Shown: positions 10,581 to 24,385, counted from the stretch's first letter. The stretch is 64,000 bases of DNA from Trichodelitschia bisporula (GCA_010356995.1 ML996691.1:130174-194173), one strand, 5' to 3'. The notes: generated by a model not told the origin, from the letters alone. A program made the numbers and translations.

Positions 10581-12717
10581 GGTCGTTGCTCGATACGTCC
10601 GTCTACTGTTCTCCAACCTCGATGGGAGCCCAGACGATAATCCACCAGCATGGACTCGTCTGAAAAGGTCAACTCCACTCATGCAAGGAGGTACTCGAGA
10701 GCAGCTCACCATATACGGAGCAAGCCAAGCACCTCCTACGCCCAGATTGCAGATAAGATATAAAAAGACCGTCGAGCCCAGCCCGATCGTCACCGGGAGT
10801 GATGTGTAAATGTGAAAATCCGCCCTAAGCATTCCGCCCTCCAACCCCTCAGTCCCGTGTCCCACTGCGACGCCGTCTCGGCTCTCCCCATCGCGCCCAG
10901 TCGTAGCCAATTGCGCCCCATTTCCCACAACATCCGGAACCCGGCACACTCACCGTTAACAGAGACGCGCGGCCATAGCGAGAGAAGCACCAATGCGCCA
11001 TCAGTTCGCGCCCAGACGGGCATTGGAATAGCCCACATCCCCCGCGTCAGTAGCCCCATCAGGGTTCATCGCTCGCCCGCATCTCGCATCTTGGCGGTGA
11101 TACGTCCAACGGTTCAGGTGCGACATCAGACCAACGTTGTCGAAGCGGAGCCCACTCGCCAAACTCTGGGCTGCTGGGCGTCCATCGCCCTCATAATTAA
11201 GATCTCGGCCAATGGGGCCGCCCTTGCATTGTGTGCCTCTGTCTAGGGCGGTGGGTTCGGCGCATACTCCCTTGCTGCGAGATGGGGGAGGCGGATGCGA
11301 GGTGAAGTCGTTGTACCCCCGGCCCCGCATACGGTACGCAACGCAACGTAATGCGATCAAGCCACTACCGCCCGCTGTGCCAGCCGCCGGCTCCATCTCC
11401 GCCGTCGTGCGCAGCCAGCCGGCGCGGCAACGCTCTTGGCTCCTGGGCAGATGCAACGCCGTTCAATCGTGCGATTCAGGCACCGCACACGTAGACGCGC
11501 AAACCTCAAACCGCGCAAGAGCGGTACAAGTGGATTGAAACGGCCGGGATATCCCCCCTCACCCCCACTCCGGCACCCCATATCCTCCGTCACCCGAGAC
11601 CATCCCCGATGAGCCTTGGTCGTCTTGGATTCTGGCATCAGATAAAGCCTTGAGCTGTTTCCTTTTATTTGCCCAAGCATAGCAATGTCCCTTCATCAAG
11701 CCCAAATATGCTCGCCTTGGCCACTGGAGCAGTTCACGCCTTGAAAGGGAACATCTTATCTCTTGGTAACGGTGGGAGATAAAGTCACCCTCGCAGCCCA
11801 TCGGGGCCTTGCAATCTCCGCCGTGCGCACTCACCACGATCTCACTCGACGCCGTCGATGTTCAAAGCTCTAGTTCATATCATAGTGTGGCTTAGGCGTA
11901 GATCGGCGTTTGTACTGCAAACAGCGAGCTGACGTAGACGAGAAGATCAAGGCTTGACGACAGATGTCGGACGTTGCTAGTTCAGACGGTAGTCTAAGGC
12001 TGCTGACGCGGCCTACGGAACTCAGCCTCGCCGGATTCACGCCTCCCGCGCCGGTGGCGGGAGCGAAGCGGCTTGATACAAGCTCAAGCCCGCGATGCTG
12101 CGCGTTTTTAGTATCCTCAGTGGCTGGTGTCTACGAAACATCGTTGACGTCCAAGCGTGTTTGGTGTTTGGTACAAACACTCCGATTAAAGACTGCCAGG
12201 CCAGATCCCAACCGGGAGCCGGGTAGATAGCCCAGGCACGTCCATTGAGCGCAGGCCGCGTCGAGCCCTGTTTCGCAGTGAGGGAGTTGCCAGGCTAGGA
12301 TATTGATATCGGGCCGTCAGGGTCATTTGGAGTGCTCGGCGGCAGTCCAGAATGATCTATGATAGGAGGGTCTCCGGTCGTATGTCCAGATATGTCGAAT
12401 AGCAATCAAGGGCACGGCTGGTTCCTACTGTGGCTTTAGAAGCGAGTCGCAATGCAAACGAAACAGAAGTCGAGGCTTCGTTGGTCAACCAGGTTGGTAG
12501 GATGCAGTACAGCCGCGGTGATATTGTGGTGCCGAATCGATTTCAGCCCAGTACCATAAGCACGACGCGTGTAGCGCCTACGTGGTACAGGTCCGCATAT
12601 GGCCAATATACAACGGATACAGATCGCAACAGCGTCTGATTGACTTGGGCTTCATCCGTTGTCTTCACCATAACCTCTTCCCCAACAGCCCGCACCAGGC
12701 GAACGCATCGATGAAAA

Positions 12718-12851
12718 GCAGACCATCAAAAATTATGCCAGTGAGGCCCCCGAAGGAGACTCATACCAACACCTCTCCACGCTGTGCAATGCAGGAGGTC
12801 CTGGCAAGCTTCCGCATTCTTGAGCGCGGATAGCTCCAACAAGGTAAGTAT
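12718..12851 (-). ncRNA. U1 spliceosomal snRNA, copy 1
   Basis: 5' ATACTTACCT, stem-loop I, loop II CATTGCAC, SL3 with TTCG loop, Sm site AATTTTTG; TATAAATA upstream. The 3' end is approximate. Confidence 0.93.
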
Positions 12852-13483
12852 GAAGAAAAGAAGAAGAGGAGGAGGGAGGGGAGTGGGCGGTATTTATACC
12901 CGAGGGTGGTGGTCAGAGCTTTGAACTTCGGAAAAACGGCGGATTTGTTCCGAGGGGAGGGCGCGTCCAAGCGCGTCCTACGGGTGGGCCAAGGCCGTGC
13001 TTTGTGCTTGCTTGCTTGCTTCGCGACGGCTTCGAGTGCAAATCCGTCTGTCCGACGACACGGCATTGAGGAGCCCCAATGGCTCAGGGGTAGAGCGTCG
13101 CACTAGTATTCCAGCAGTCTATGCGAAGGTCCGTCGTTCAAATCGGCGTTGGGGCATCGCGCATCGCGCATTGTCTTTTTGCACCTTTACTCACTGCTCC
13201 ACTATGTCAGAGACAGCAGACGTCGGCTAATCTGAAGTTTGTGCGCTGGAGATGATCTTTTTGCTTCCCGTTTATGGGAGCTTCGGTGAACAGTAAGCAG
13301 GTTCAGTAAATGTCATAGAGTTCAATGTTCATTCAAAGGCATCGGCCTAAAGCCGGTCTCCCTAGCCGAACATGGCGGTATCATCACCCATATGCTCCCA
13401 AAAGCAGTTCCCACGCTTCCAATCATTTTCCTCCCATAACTCCACGCAACGCCCAAAATGCCATCCCCTCAACCCCCACCACC

Positions 13484-14378
13484 TCACCTCTCCGCACTCC
13501 TCACCGACATCCCCCGATCCGGCGTCCAAAGCGTGGTAACCGGACTCGCAGCCCAAGTCTGCAACTCGGCAGGCTCGTCCCTGCCCGCCGGCACCTCCGC
13601 CGGCGGCCTCGCATACGGCACCGGCCAGACACCCTGCGCCCTTCCATCCCACGCCGGATCCCGCCCATCCCATCCCCCTCCGTCCGCGCCCTTCCAAGTA
13701 CTCCCCGCGCCCCCGCTCTCCATCTGCGTCAGCGGCACCGCACTCCCCGGCCGCCGCCATGCCTTGAGTTCCTCGATTTCGCGCCGTAGACGCCGCATGC
13801 TGGACCGGCGGTGGAGGAGCATGCCTGCCACCAGAAGGAGGGCGAGGCCGACGACGCCGGCTGCGATGCCGATGGTGAGTTTTGTGGATTGGGGGAGGCC
13901 GTGCGCGTGTTCGGGGAGGGGGGTGGAGGAGGAGGTGGTGGTGTTGGAGGAGTGGGTTGGTGTTGTTGAGTTGCTGTCCAAGGGACACTGGAGGGTATCT
14001 AGTGTGATGGTTTTGTTGGCTTCCTGGCAGAAGCCGGCGAAGTAGTGAAGCGCGCCTGGAGCGGTTAGATACGCGTGCGATATGGGAGGGGAGGGGAGCG
14101 TACCGATGCGGTCGTTTGGCGAGCATGAATTCGGCAAGCAGCACGATATGCCGTTTATCAGCGCTGTGTCAGAGCAGAGACACAACACATCGGTTGGATT
14201 GCACGCGCTGATAAACACGGCATTGTTCACACATCCGGCCTTGCCTATTAGCCAACATCCCCTCAAATTACTCAAGGAGCATACATACAGCACACTGCGG
14301 CAAACCATTCAGTCCCGGCCCATCACCCAGCGCAAAAGCCGCACAAAGCAGCGCAACTACGATAGATAAAAGCACCAT
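13484..14378 (-). CDS. CFEM-domain single-pass membrane protein
   Basis: Signal peptide MVLLSIVVALLC; LPQCA..CV...C.PTD..CLC.....ISCC...SCS; Ser/Thr stalk; TM segment IGIAAGVVGLALLLVAG; two introns. Confidence 0.85.
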
Positions 14379-15089
14379 TCTCCGTCGAAACTGTCACGGA
14401 CAAAATGCGCAGGAAGAAGGAGATGATCTAACCTGCCTCTTCCCACCGGTCAACTTCCCCCGCTGGGCCCCGCCTACATTTAACCAGCGCAACGAGCTGA
14501 AAACGCAGCATCAGCCTCAATCTCCCCGTCAAACCCAGCATCACTGTGGCTCACCATATCCAACCCCAGCCAAGCAACGCTACATCCGTACTCCGCCTCA
14601 AATAGCAGCCTCCCATCGTGGCAACTCCACCGCACCATGCTCCCTCCCCGTTCAGCATCTGCACCTCCCCCTCACCAGCGCGCCCGGGCACCGGTTCCGA
14701 GACTTGAGGCCACCCCGCGCATGACCAATCGGTGTGGCGAGACAAGCTTGCCTCTGCATCCGTCCAGCAGCACACTCGGGCCCGCCGGTGGGATTGGCGG
14801 TACGGTCCGGCGAGCCCGTTGACACATGCCTACGGCGTGGCCTCATTGGCCTGATGTTTGATGGCGAACGCCCGACGGTGTGGGGGGGCGTTCAGCCGCA
14901 GTCACGTGAAAGGCTTGGTTGGTGAGCGTCACCGCTGGGGACTGCGAAGGCCGTGTGGCGGGAACGGCGGGGGTAGAGGTCGGGGGCCAAGGAAGCAAAA
15001 GATGAATCATCGCCGGCCAGATGATGATCGTGGGGTTGGTGTGATGTTAACATAGAGGGTTGGGGCAAAAGGGCAAAAAATTATCAGGA

Positions 15090-15178
15090 TGGTCAATACG
15101 GGGGTCGAACCCGCGACCTTGGCGTATACATGAAGGTTCATATTAGCACCACGCTCTAACCAACTGAGCTAATCGACC
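15090..15178 (-). tRNA. tRNA-Ile(AAT) with ~15 nt intron
   Basis: GGTCGAT TAGCTCAGTTGGTTAGAGC GTGGTG CT AAT A[intron]ACGCCA ... GGTTCGACCC...ATTGACC A. Confidence 0.95.
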
Positions 15179-15487
15179 TGATTTGATGTGAAGAACAACC
15201 ATTGCTTTGTAAATCTTGTGTTTGCAAAGCAGTAAACGCGCGAGATGTCGCGCCGAGGCTGGTGTGCCGATCGTAACTGTCGAAGCCCCCCGAGGAACTC
15301 GTAGCCGCTGACTCCGCACTAAACGCGGGGGAGGAAAGCGACGACTTTCCCGGAGGGCCCTTAGTCCCAAGTCCGCATGCGCCTCGCGGCAATCGCGTCT
15401 AAAACATCGGGATTAGCCGCCAAAATCTCCACCCTCACAACCTCAACACCACCCCCCACACCTTTCCCCACCACCCTCTCACACACA

Positions 15488-16116
15488 ATGGCCAAGCGCG
15501 CCCTCGCAACCGACGTAATCGTCAAGCTCCTCGTCGGCGCAGGCCAGGCCTCGCCCTCGCCGCCCGTCGGCCCTGCACTCGGTAGCAAAGGCGTCAAGAC
15601 CATGGACTTCTGTAAGGTGCGCTTCACACGCTACGGCCCAATTGCCCGCTACGCTCGCGGGCTCGCTGTGCTCGTTCGCCTCGCTCTCTCGGCTCGCTAA
15701 CGCTCGCCCAGGAATTCAACGCCCGCACCGCAAACTACATAACCGGCACACCTATCCCCGCGCGCATCACAGTCCGGCCAGACCGAAGCTTCACCTTCGA
15801 GCTGCGCACGCCCCCGACCGCAACTCTCCTCTTCGCCGCCGCCAACGTCAACGTGGTCAAGAACAAAGTGCGCGGGGCGGGGAATGTGCCCGGTCCGAAA
15901 GCGAACACCGAGAATGCGTCCGGCAAGGCCACGGGGGCGGGCGTGCAGGTCGGAAATGCTTTGAAGGGGACGGTGGGGACGGTGAGCTTGAAGCATGTGT
16001 ATGAGATTGCGCGGATTAAACAGAGTGAGACACGGCTTGCGGGGTTGAGTCTGGAGGGGATGTGTAAGAGTGTTGTGGCGCAGGCGGCGAGTATTGGGGT
16101 TGTGGTTGTGCCGTAG
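15488..16116 (+). CDS. MRPL19: Mitochondrial ribosomal protein uL11m
   Basis: [53 protein letters not shown]; one intron. Confidence 0.95.
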
Positions 16117-16342
16117 GGGGGTGGGGAGAGGGATGGGCGTGTTGTATTATAGCATTGGGCTGGAGTTAAGGCCTTAAATGAGGCTATGAGGGCATTGGGT
16201 ACAAAATTACGAGCTAGCACGGCTGGTTTTCTTCTTCATCTTCCGTTCAACTCCTGTAAATGGCTATGTATGCCCAAAATCGTACACAGTAAGTTCCTCA
16301 TATGTATGTCTCCAAATCAACCCTAACGCCCCAGATGCCCCA

Positions 16343-17458
16343 TCACGAAAGCAACCCCGCCACCCCACCTCCGAGCTCCTGTGTCGACCGCGCCGCCGCC
16401 GGCCTCTCTCCCGCCGGCTTCCCTCTCGTTCGTCCGCCATCTTTACCTCCAGCCGCCTTCCCCGACCGCCTCCCACTCGGCGCCGTATTACTCCTACTCA
16501 ACCCCGGCGGCGGCACCGGCACCCCCCCCTCAGGCTGGACATTGAAATCGCTAACCACGCGCGCCAGGCTCACGCTATACCCGCCAAACCACTCGCTCCA
16601 ACTCGAGCCCGTGCGCTTAATATCTGACCCACATTAGCACCCACCCATCAAAACTCAACCCCCAAACCACTTACCGCTCCGCGCCGTAACTCCCGCACTC
16701 TCCCTCCGCGACTCGAGATACCCCCGCGCGACACGCTGCGCCGAACGTATCCCCCGCTGCACAGCTTGCAAGTCCGTGTCGTCCACGCCCTCGGGGATGG
16801 GGATGCGATACCGCCCGCTGACGACGACGGCGCGTTCTTTGCCTGCGCCACGCCCGCGGGGTATTTCTTCTACCTCGTCCTCTTCCACGTCCTCGGCCCG
16901 GCCCGCATCTGCCCGCGCGCTCAGGCCTTCCAATTCGCCCTTCGCGACCGCGAGCTCCGTCTCCACGCGCGCCAACTCGCCAGTTTCGCCCTCATCCCCA
17001 TCCTTTGCATTCTCCTTATCACTCCCCTCCTTCTCCCCCTCGCCCTCCTCAGTGCGCTGCCGCCGCAACCGGCGCCTCGCGCCCTTGCTCGGCTTGTCGG
17101 CCGGCTTGTCGGGGGGAGGTGCAGGCCGCGAGGCCAATTCACGGACCCGTGCTTCCAGGCCCTGGACGCGGGCTTTGAGGGCGACGAGTTCGAGGGTTGT
17201 GGGGTCGTTGGAGGGGGGGAGGTCGGTTGGGGGTGTACGGTCTGAAGGGAGCTTTTTGGGGCGGGAGCGGCGGCGGGAGGTTGAGGGCCTAGGGTCGGGA
17301 GAGGCTTTAGGTTCTTTTGGCTCGGTGGTGGGTTTGGTGGCTTCTTGAGGTGGAGGAGGAGGGGGAGGAGCGGTGGTTGTGGTTGCGGAGGCGAGTTTAC
17401 GCGGCTTGCGCTTGGGTGCTTCCTTTGGCTGTGGGGTCGATTGGGGTGTCATGGTCAT
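16343..17458 (-). CDS. Hypothetical coiled-coil protein (two exons)
   Basis: Long ORF with ELVALKARVQGLE and VSGRYRIPIP..DLQAVQRGI; GTAAGT intron followed by a SSWSEWFGGYS exon. Confidence 0.7.
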
Positions 17459-18120
17459 TTTGGTGGGTTGGCGGTGCTGGTGAGGCTGAATGTTGGATGG
17501 GGAGGAGGAGAGGTGAAGTCCATGGGGCGTGACGTCATGGGTTGGGATGCGGGTATGACGGGCCAATGTGTGGCAACCGGAAGCAAGTTTCGCTTACTGG
17601 GGTTGTACTACAAGATATCATAGTAAACAGTTGCTTGCGTGCCGATGCTGGGCGTTTTGATGGTGTGGATTTGGGGACTTCGTTTTGGCATTGGGGGTTT
17701 CGTGATAGACGGGAACTATCGTGTAAGGCTGAATTCGACGGCCCGCCTAGCGTGAGGACTTAATTCTCACGTCTGGAGTACCAACGCATCTCGAGTACAA
17801 ACCGGCGAATGAGAACCGACAGGTGCCTTCGACGACCAAAGGCGGGCTGGCATCGCCTCTCTGCGCATGAAATAGACATCACAGTAGCAGTGGGCAAATG
17901 TCCATTCTACTCTCCCAACGCCCGCTCCCAATCCCATCAGTACAACTTCATATCCAGCCCAAAAACCTGGGACCAGTGTCCCTCTAATGTACAGGCCTTG
18001 CTGCTATCCACACAGAACGCCATCGTGATCGTAGAAGTCCACCGCTCAAACCTGCCCAAGGGATGTGTACAATCTCCACCCTCCCGCCAACCCAAACGCC
18101 CATACTCTGAGAAACAGCTC

Positions 18121-19572
18121 CTACACCTTGCCCTCATCATCGCTATCCTCATCACTCAACCGACTCGCCCCACTGCCCTCCGCACCGATCGGTAGAGGCG
18201 TCGGATTGGCCTCTTTCCGCGTTGGCTTGACCGCAACACGCTCCTCCACCTCCTCCTCCTCCTCATCCTCCTCCCCCATCAATCCCTCCCCCTCATCCCC
18301 ACTCTCCTCGCCTGGCGCAACAACATACTCCCCCCCCGTCTTATCCTTAATAAAGCTATCAATAATCCAGTACTGCATCGCATTCATCACCAGCGGGAAA
18401 ACAAACATAACGAACACGATCTGCATCCACTGCTTGCCCTCCGTCCACCGCAGCGCCCAGTCGCCCACCCACCCCAGCCAGGGCAGGACCTGGAAGAGAA
18501 ACAGCACGCAGAGTTTCATGCCAAAGAGGCCGAGGAAGTAGATGAAGGATTGCTTGAGCCACCAACTGGCCTTCGGAGGGTTGCCGTAGTTACCGCTCTT
18601 GAGCGACTCGGGCGGGTTGGCGAGGGCTGTTCGGGCGAAGAGCGCGTGGAGGACCCGGAGCAATACCACTAGGATCGCGATGCCGATCGTCGTCTGCCCA
18701 TCATTAGCCTCTCCCCAAAAAAAAATCTCAAAAGAACCACTTACATCAATCCCCAAATTCAACAAATAAAACGAGCACGGATTCGGCTGTCTCCCATCCT
18801 CCATCTTCACCCCCTGCACCGCATCCTTCGCCCTATTGATATCCAAATCCCCACTGCTCAACATGCTCATGAACAGATTCGCCAGGTGCAGCAGCATGCT
18901 CCCAACTACCTGCTTGCTCACGTCGAAGGACCACACCTTCAACGGCCGGCGGGGTGTCTCGCGGTAGCGCTTCCACACGAGCGAGAGCAGCGCAAGCGCA
19001 CCTAGCGCGCCCTGCACCAGCAGCGCGAAAGGACCGAGCAGCTTGCACTCATTGTTGCCATGCTTCGGTCCATCCTCATGCCCCTTATCCTCCTTCCCAC
19101 CCTCCTTCGCCGGCTTCACAGCCGTAAAATCCCCCGGCGTAGGCACCGGCACCGGCGGCGCCGTCGCAATCACCATCTCCACCTCCACGCCATCAATACT
19201 AATCAGCTCCGTATCAAACACCAGCGTCGCCTTGGGCGGAATCGGGCCGGTGCCAAAATCGCCATATCCGAGTTCGGGAGGTATGGTCAGTCGCCTCGCC
19301 TCGCCCGGACACATGTCCAGAAGGCCCCGGTCCCAGCCCTTGATGACCTGGCCCAGGCCGAGGGTGAAGGCGAACGGTTTCTTGCCCGCGCCGTAGCTGG
19401 TGTCGAATTGTGTACCGTCTACGAGGCGGCCCCGGTAGTGCACGTGGATTGTGTCGCCGGAGCGGGTGGGGCGGGTGCATGGCTGGGCCTTTGTGGTTGT
19501 GATGGCGACTGTGGGGGGCGTGGCGAGGACGGAGGGGAGGAGGGCGAAGAGGGCGACGGTAGGGAGGCGCAT
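18121..19572 (-). CDS. Signal peptide + FKBP-type prolyl isomerase fused to a STIMATE/YPL162C-like multi-TM domain
   Basis: [17 protein letters not shown]...[28 protein letters not shown] (FKBP); then CKLLGPF...KRYRE.PRRP.KVW.FDVSKQ, NPCSFY, YGNPP...[14 protein letters not shown]; intron at 18694-18744. Confidence 0.88.
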   Translation of the reverse strand: MRLPTVALFALLPSVLATPPTVAITTTKAQPCTRPTRSGDTIHVHYRGRLVDGTQFDTSYGAGKKPFAFTLGLGQVIKGWDRGLLDMCPGEARRLTIPPELGYGDFGTGPIPPKATLVFDTELISIDGVEVEMVIATAPPVPVPTPGDFTAVKPAKEGGKEDKGHEDGPKHGNNECKLLGPFALLVQGALGALALLSLVWKRYRETPRRPLKVWSFDVSKQVVGSMLLHLANLFMSMLSSGDLDINRAKDAVQGVKMEDGRQPNPCSFYLLNLGIDVSGSFEIFFWGEANDGQTTIGIAILVVLLRVLHALFARTALANPPESLKSGNYGNPPKASWWLKQSFIYFLGLFGMKLCVLFLFQVLPWLGWVGDWALRWTEGKQWMQIVFVMFVFPLVMNAMQYWIIDSFIKDKTGGEYVVAPGEESGDEGEGLMGEEDEEEEEVEERVAVKPTRKEANPTPLPIGAEGSGASRLSDEDSDDEGKV

Positions 19573-20208
19573 CGTCGCGATGGTGAGGGTGGCGGTGGAT
19601 GTGGTATTCGTGGCCGCGGTGAGGTCCGTAGATTGCGGGCCTAAAGGTGAGCGAGGGACCGCGATAAAGGGTGTCGTCAACAAAGGCGCTACAACATATC
19701 CGTCCCCGTCTCAGTGCGTCTCGATTCAGAACCTTCAGGAACAGGCGATAGCGGTGAAGAGTGTCGTTAGGAGGATGGAGGCGAGATAAGGTTGTAGGTG
19801 GTGAGGGTGACTGAGCAAGTCAAATCAACGATGGGCGGCGAGACGGGGGGGGCGCGTGCCCACCAACCCCCAGCGCTGTGCAGCGGCTGCGCCTTGTTTG
19901 GGCAATGCAACACGCTGGTGCATGCCACCTCCGCACTCTGCGCCCAGCGGTCGAGACCGGACTGGCTTGAGTTTCACGGGCACATGTCAATATCCCGATA
20001 TTGTGCTACTCTCGACACATTGTAGCGAGTCTCTACGTAGCACAGAGGGCACAAAGCAATGCACGGTAACGACTGCGGAGGCAGAACTATGAGGGGGTAT
20101 ATCTCCATAGTCCAAAGCATCGCTACGGTAGATGGTATCCGCTTGTCTACCTACATTCATCACATCGCATTTCACCTCCCATCGCCATCATGAAACACCA
20201 CCCTCCAC

Positions 20209-21886
20209 CTACTCCACCCTCTCATCCCTCTCCTCGTCCTTCGTTCCCCGATAAATACTCTCCGGATTCCTAACCCCCACCGTAATCCCCTCCTCCACCC
20301 TCTTCAACGTCAACGCCGCAATAAGCGCCGCACCCACTCCACTCCCATCCTCCGCCGCCCTAACCATTACCGGATCCGGCACGTCTCCAACTCCCCACCC
20401 GAAGATCTCGCGCAGCGCTTGCGCGAGCCGCGTCCGGAAGTACGGGTGCATGCCGAAGAGCGACCCATCCGCGCCGACGGCACACGTCTTCCACTCCATC
20501 TTGTTGCATATAGCCGCGACGCCGCAGGCCGACAAGCGCGCCGAACGCGTGGAGATGAGTTCCGCGAGCCGCCGCGCGAGCTCGAGTTCAGCAGGCGAGG
20601 CGGTCAGATTGAGGGTGGTGGTGAAGAAGGCGGCGACTTCGGCGAGGTCGTCGGTTGTATCTCTGCATCGCAGTTAGCCCGTCTCCCATTCAAAGCAACC
20701 AAGCAACCCACTCCTCAATCGCTGAAATAACACTCGAATCCAACGAATACGCCTTCCTCAACCTCCCCACATCCTGCCCCTTAAACAGCTCCGCATCCGG
20801 ATTCTCATGCAAATCCAGCAAGACCAGGCGGAACAACTCGCCGAGGTACAACCCCGCGACCATCTTCTCAAACGTCTGCTGTCCTGGCCTCGGGCTGTCC
20901 TTATCAATTATAACATCGTACGGCGTGCGTGGCAGTATAACGCGCTCGTTGTCGAAGGCGCCCCACTCGCAGTTAATCGCCATAGGCAGATCCGGGTCAA
21001 GATTCAGGTGCGCGAGTTTGGGGATCGACCCGCAGCGCTCCATGTACGCGGCGTTGCAGCCCGTGCCGAAGATGCACCCGATGCGCACTTGATCGTTCGT
21101 GTAGGCGGAGGCGATGAGCGTGCCGACGGTGTCGTTGATCAGCGCTGTGGGCTTGATCGGGAGGCCCTGGGGGTGTCAGTCCGCACCCACACATCCCGAG
21201 ATGGACATACCCGCTCCTCGAGCGCGGCCTCAAACGGCGGGATGACGTCCGTCCCCTCCACGCCCTTGATATCAAACCCCTTCGTCCACCGCTGCAACAC
21301 GCCATGGTTGATATACTCCTGCGTCGCGGGATAACTAAACGTAAACCCGAGCGGGAGCTTCTCCAACATCTCCCCCGGGTGCTGCTCCTCAATGAAACTC
21401 TTCAAACAGTCCCCAATATACGCCCACAGTTCCTCGCCGGTGCCTGTCTTCAGCTCCTCTGGCATGCGGTACTTGCTCTGCACGATTTCGAATTCGCCTT
21501 TCGCTTCTGGGAGGGTGATTTCGCAGACGCGTAGGTTTGTGCCGCCCATGTCGATGGCGAGGAAGACGCCGGTTTCGTGGCCGGTCGGGAAGGACATGCA
21601 CCATGAGGGGACCATGGGCTGGGAGGGGTTAGCTCTTGGGTTGAGGGATTGGGAAGGGAAGGAACGTACGATGCTGCCGCCCTCGACGGAGAGTCCCTTC
21701 GTCAGTTCAGACTGGAAATGTGCTGTAATCCGCTTGAGCAGGTCCGTCGGCACGGTGAACAGCTCCTCCAGCCGCTCAAGCTGCGCACGCAACTCATGCG
21801 GCATAGCGGCGAAGGAATCTGCGCGATCGATTCAGTGACATGCCACCTCGCCCGTAGACGGCAGCTCACATACCCGATCTCGCCAT
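20209..21886 (-). CDS. HXK1: Hexokinase
   Basis: LAIDMGGTNLRV, LGFTFSYP, RWTKGFD, INDT, IFGTGCN, INCEWG, GADGS, AEDGSGVGAA; four coding introns and a possible 5' UTR intron at about 22138-22199. Confidence 0.95.
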
Positions 21887-22918
21887 GTCGCCGGTGTTTA
21901 TGTGTCTAGTCGTTGTAACGAGTCCACGACTTCCTACTTGTTCTGAGAATGCACTGGTGACTGGGGGATCAATGGGGATCAATGGTGTTGCTGGAGGTTG
22001 TCAGTCGTCGATTCGCGGGTTGAGGCATGTTATCTGTGATAGTTGGCCGGGGACGGGGTCCTCGCGCTATTGAGCTCCCTTTGCCCGTATTAGGACCCCG
22101 CGGCGCTATGGCGGGCTAGTGGGGCGGCTTTTGCGCCCTGGAAACTACTCCGAGGCGGGGGAGGGGAATGGGGAAATGGAGACGAGGGAGGCAACTTACA
22201 CAGTCAGAAGATATGTAGAGAGAGATCTGATTGTAGAACTAGATGGCAGTGTGAAGCGTCAAATCCCTCGAGACGGCAACCCGATAGCGCAGTTATTAAC
22301 CGCAGCTAGGCCAATTTTGCTCTGACGTAGACGATGCAGGCGATGGTGGGGCACGATAGGCCCCGGCACAATGACGCAGCAAAAAAGCCGATACTACACC
22401 TGTAAAAAGTAAAAAGAAACGGGCTCGATGGAAGCAGAATGGGGAATTGCACCACTCTTCTAGCACACGAAGTTCAGCCTTAGAATCTAAAAGCTAGGTG
22501 CGATTAGAGGCATGCCGGGCGACTCGCGTCTTAAAAGCGTACCCCGCCATGCACAAATGCCCCTGTCGTCCCGAATGGCGCTGCGGCGCCTCCTGGGCTG
22601 CATCATGCTGACTGCTCTGTTTGTAAGCCTCTAGACTGCCCTGCTGGCGGCTTGATATATGCCCAGGCGGAGATGTACCTGTACGATCGGGAGAACGCTT
22701 ATAGCATGCTACATCTCCACGGCCTCGGACGAACACAACCCCACGCAGGTACACCCAACAGGAAGGAAGCAATTGATACGGATCTGCATATCGATCGAGG
22801 CAAAGTTGAGCAACAAAGCTCCATCTCCAGTAGAAGTCCACATCCCCACCCGGACACCATATCCAGCCCGTAAAAAGAAGAACTCCATCCCCACCCTCAA
22901 AACGTCCATCCCAAGCAG

Positions 22919-23966
22919 CTATCTCTTCTTCCCAGCCGGCCCCCTCTTCTCCGCCTCCCTCATCGCCGCCCTCGCACTCCGACTCCCCCCCAACTTCGGC
23001 CCCTTCGGCCTATCCGCCACCTGCCCGGCAGGCTGCGGCACCGCACGCCTAACATGTTTCGCACTCATAGCATCGAGGAAATCCTGGCGGAACTGTTCCG
23101 CAATTCGGTCATCAGCAGCCTGATCGTCGTCCGCAGCGGGAGGCGAGTCCGGCTTCGGCTCGTCGTAGATATCAACTAAGTCTTGTTAGCATCCTGCATG
23201 TGTGAGAGAAAGGAGGGAAACCGTACGCCGACTCTCCTTAAGCACCTCCTCCACCAACCGATCCCGCTTAACATCCTCACTCCCCCTCCTCTTCCTCTTC
23301 CTCCACGGCCGGCCATCCTTCCTCTTCGGCCCAACCTCCTCATCCACATCCCCCTCCCCCGTAACCAACCTCCGTTTCGCCTCCTCCGTCCTCTCCACAT
23401 TCCGTCTCGCAACCTCAGGACCCAGATCAATCTCCATCAACTTCCCAACCCCCGCCGGCACTCTCGCCGTCATGACTCCCCCTCCAACCCTCCTCTCCTC
23501 CTCTCCCCCTCCCTGCTCCCCCTCCCTCATCGCCGCAAGCTTAGCGTCTATATACGCCATCCTGGCCATCAGCATCGATCCACCTCAACCCGAACCATCA
23601 GGGGGGAAACACTCACATATGCCGATCCGCCTCGCCCTCGGTCCCCCGCCCTGTCTGCGCCATGAACCGCCCTGCCACCACTTCAAGCATTTTATTCGCC
23701 GGGTCGGGCTCGCGCGGCGCGTCCGTCATTGTACGTTCCGTGGGCTGGGCGGAGGAGGAGAAAGCGACGCCGGCGCGGCGCGGTCGTGCGCGCCGGAGGG
23801 CGGTCAGATCGGGGGGTTGGGTGGGCGCGCCATCGTCTTGCGGAGGTGAGGGCCGCGCGTTGTGCTCGGGGGAGGAGAGGCGGGCGCGAAGGTGCCGTTT
23901 TTGACGCGGGGCGCGGAAAGTGGGCACCGAAGGCGTTTGCAACGCAGAATCGGTGTCGAGATCCAT
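22919..23966 (-). CDS. HCA59/C9orf78 (Tls1)-like splicing-associated protein
   Basis: GRF.AQTG...DRHM|MAYID, GKLMEIDLG, SEDVKRD.LVEEVL.ES, ADDRIAEQFR, GPKLGGSRSARA; family call from memory of these motifs; two introns. Confidence 0.7.
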
Positions 23967-24385
23967 GGTTGCGGTGGTGAGGTGGTGGTGTCGCGGTGGC
24001 GGAGCGATAAGGCTCTCGCGCCGAAGGGGTTCGACAGGCGGTCACGTGATGCAGGGAAGCATGGATCGTGGTTACCGCATTAGGAAGGGGAGGAGCACGA
24101 AAGACGAGGTCACAGAATCAAGAGATCAAAAATTGCAACACCGTTACATCGAGACTACGACACCCTTCAATCATCATCAACTCATGATCGGAAACCGAGT
24201 ACTTCATGCTACATACAGCAACCCTAACGTACAAGTATACAATTTACCGTACCGTACAACCAGCCGTGAGTCTAGCCGGATATCTCGCGCATCCGCCGCC
24301 ATGAAAAACGCCGCTAAACGCAGGATACAACAGCCGACATCGCACACCTCGCGCAACGACAGACCCACGAACCCAGACCTAGCGT

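Noticed and set aside
10600..12600. Many 70-150 aa ORFs upstream of the acyltransferase gene
   Set aside because: No recognisable motifs or splice structure; expected in GC-rich intergenic DNA.
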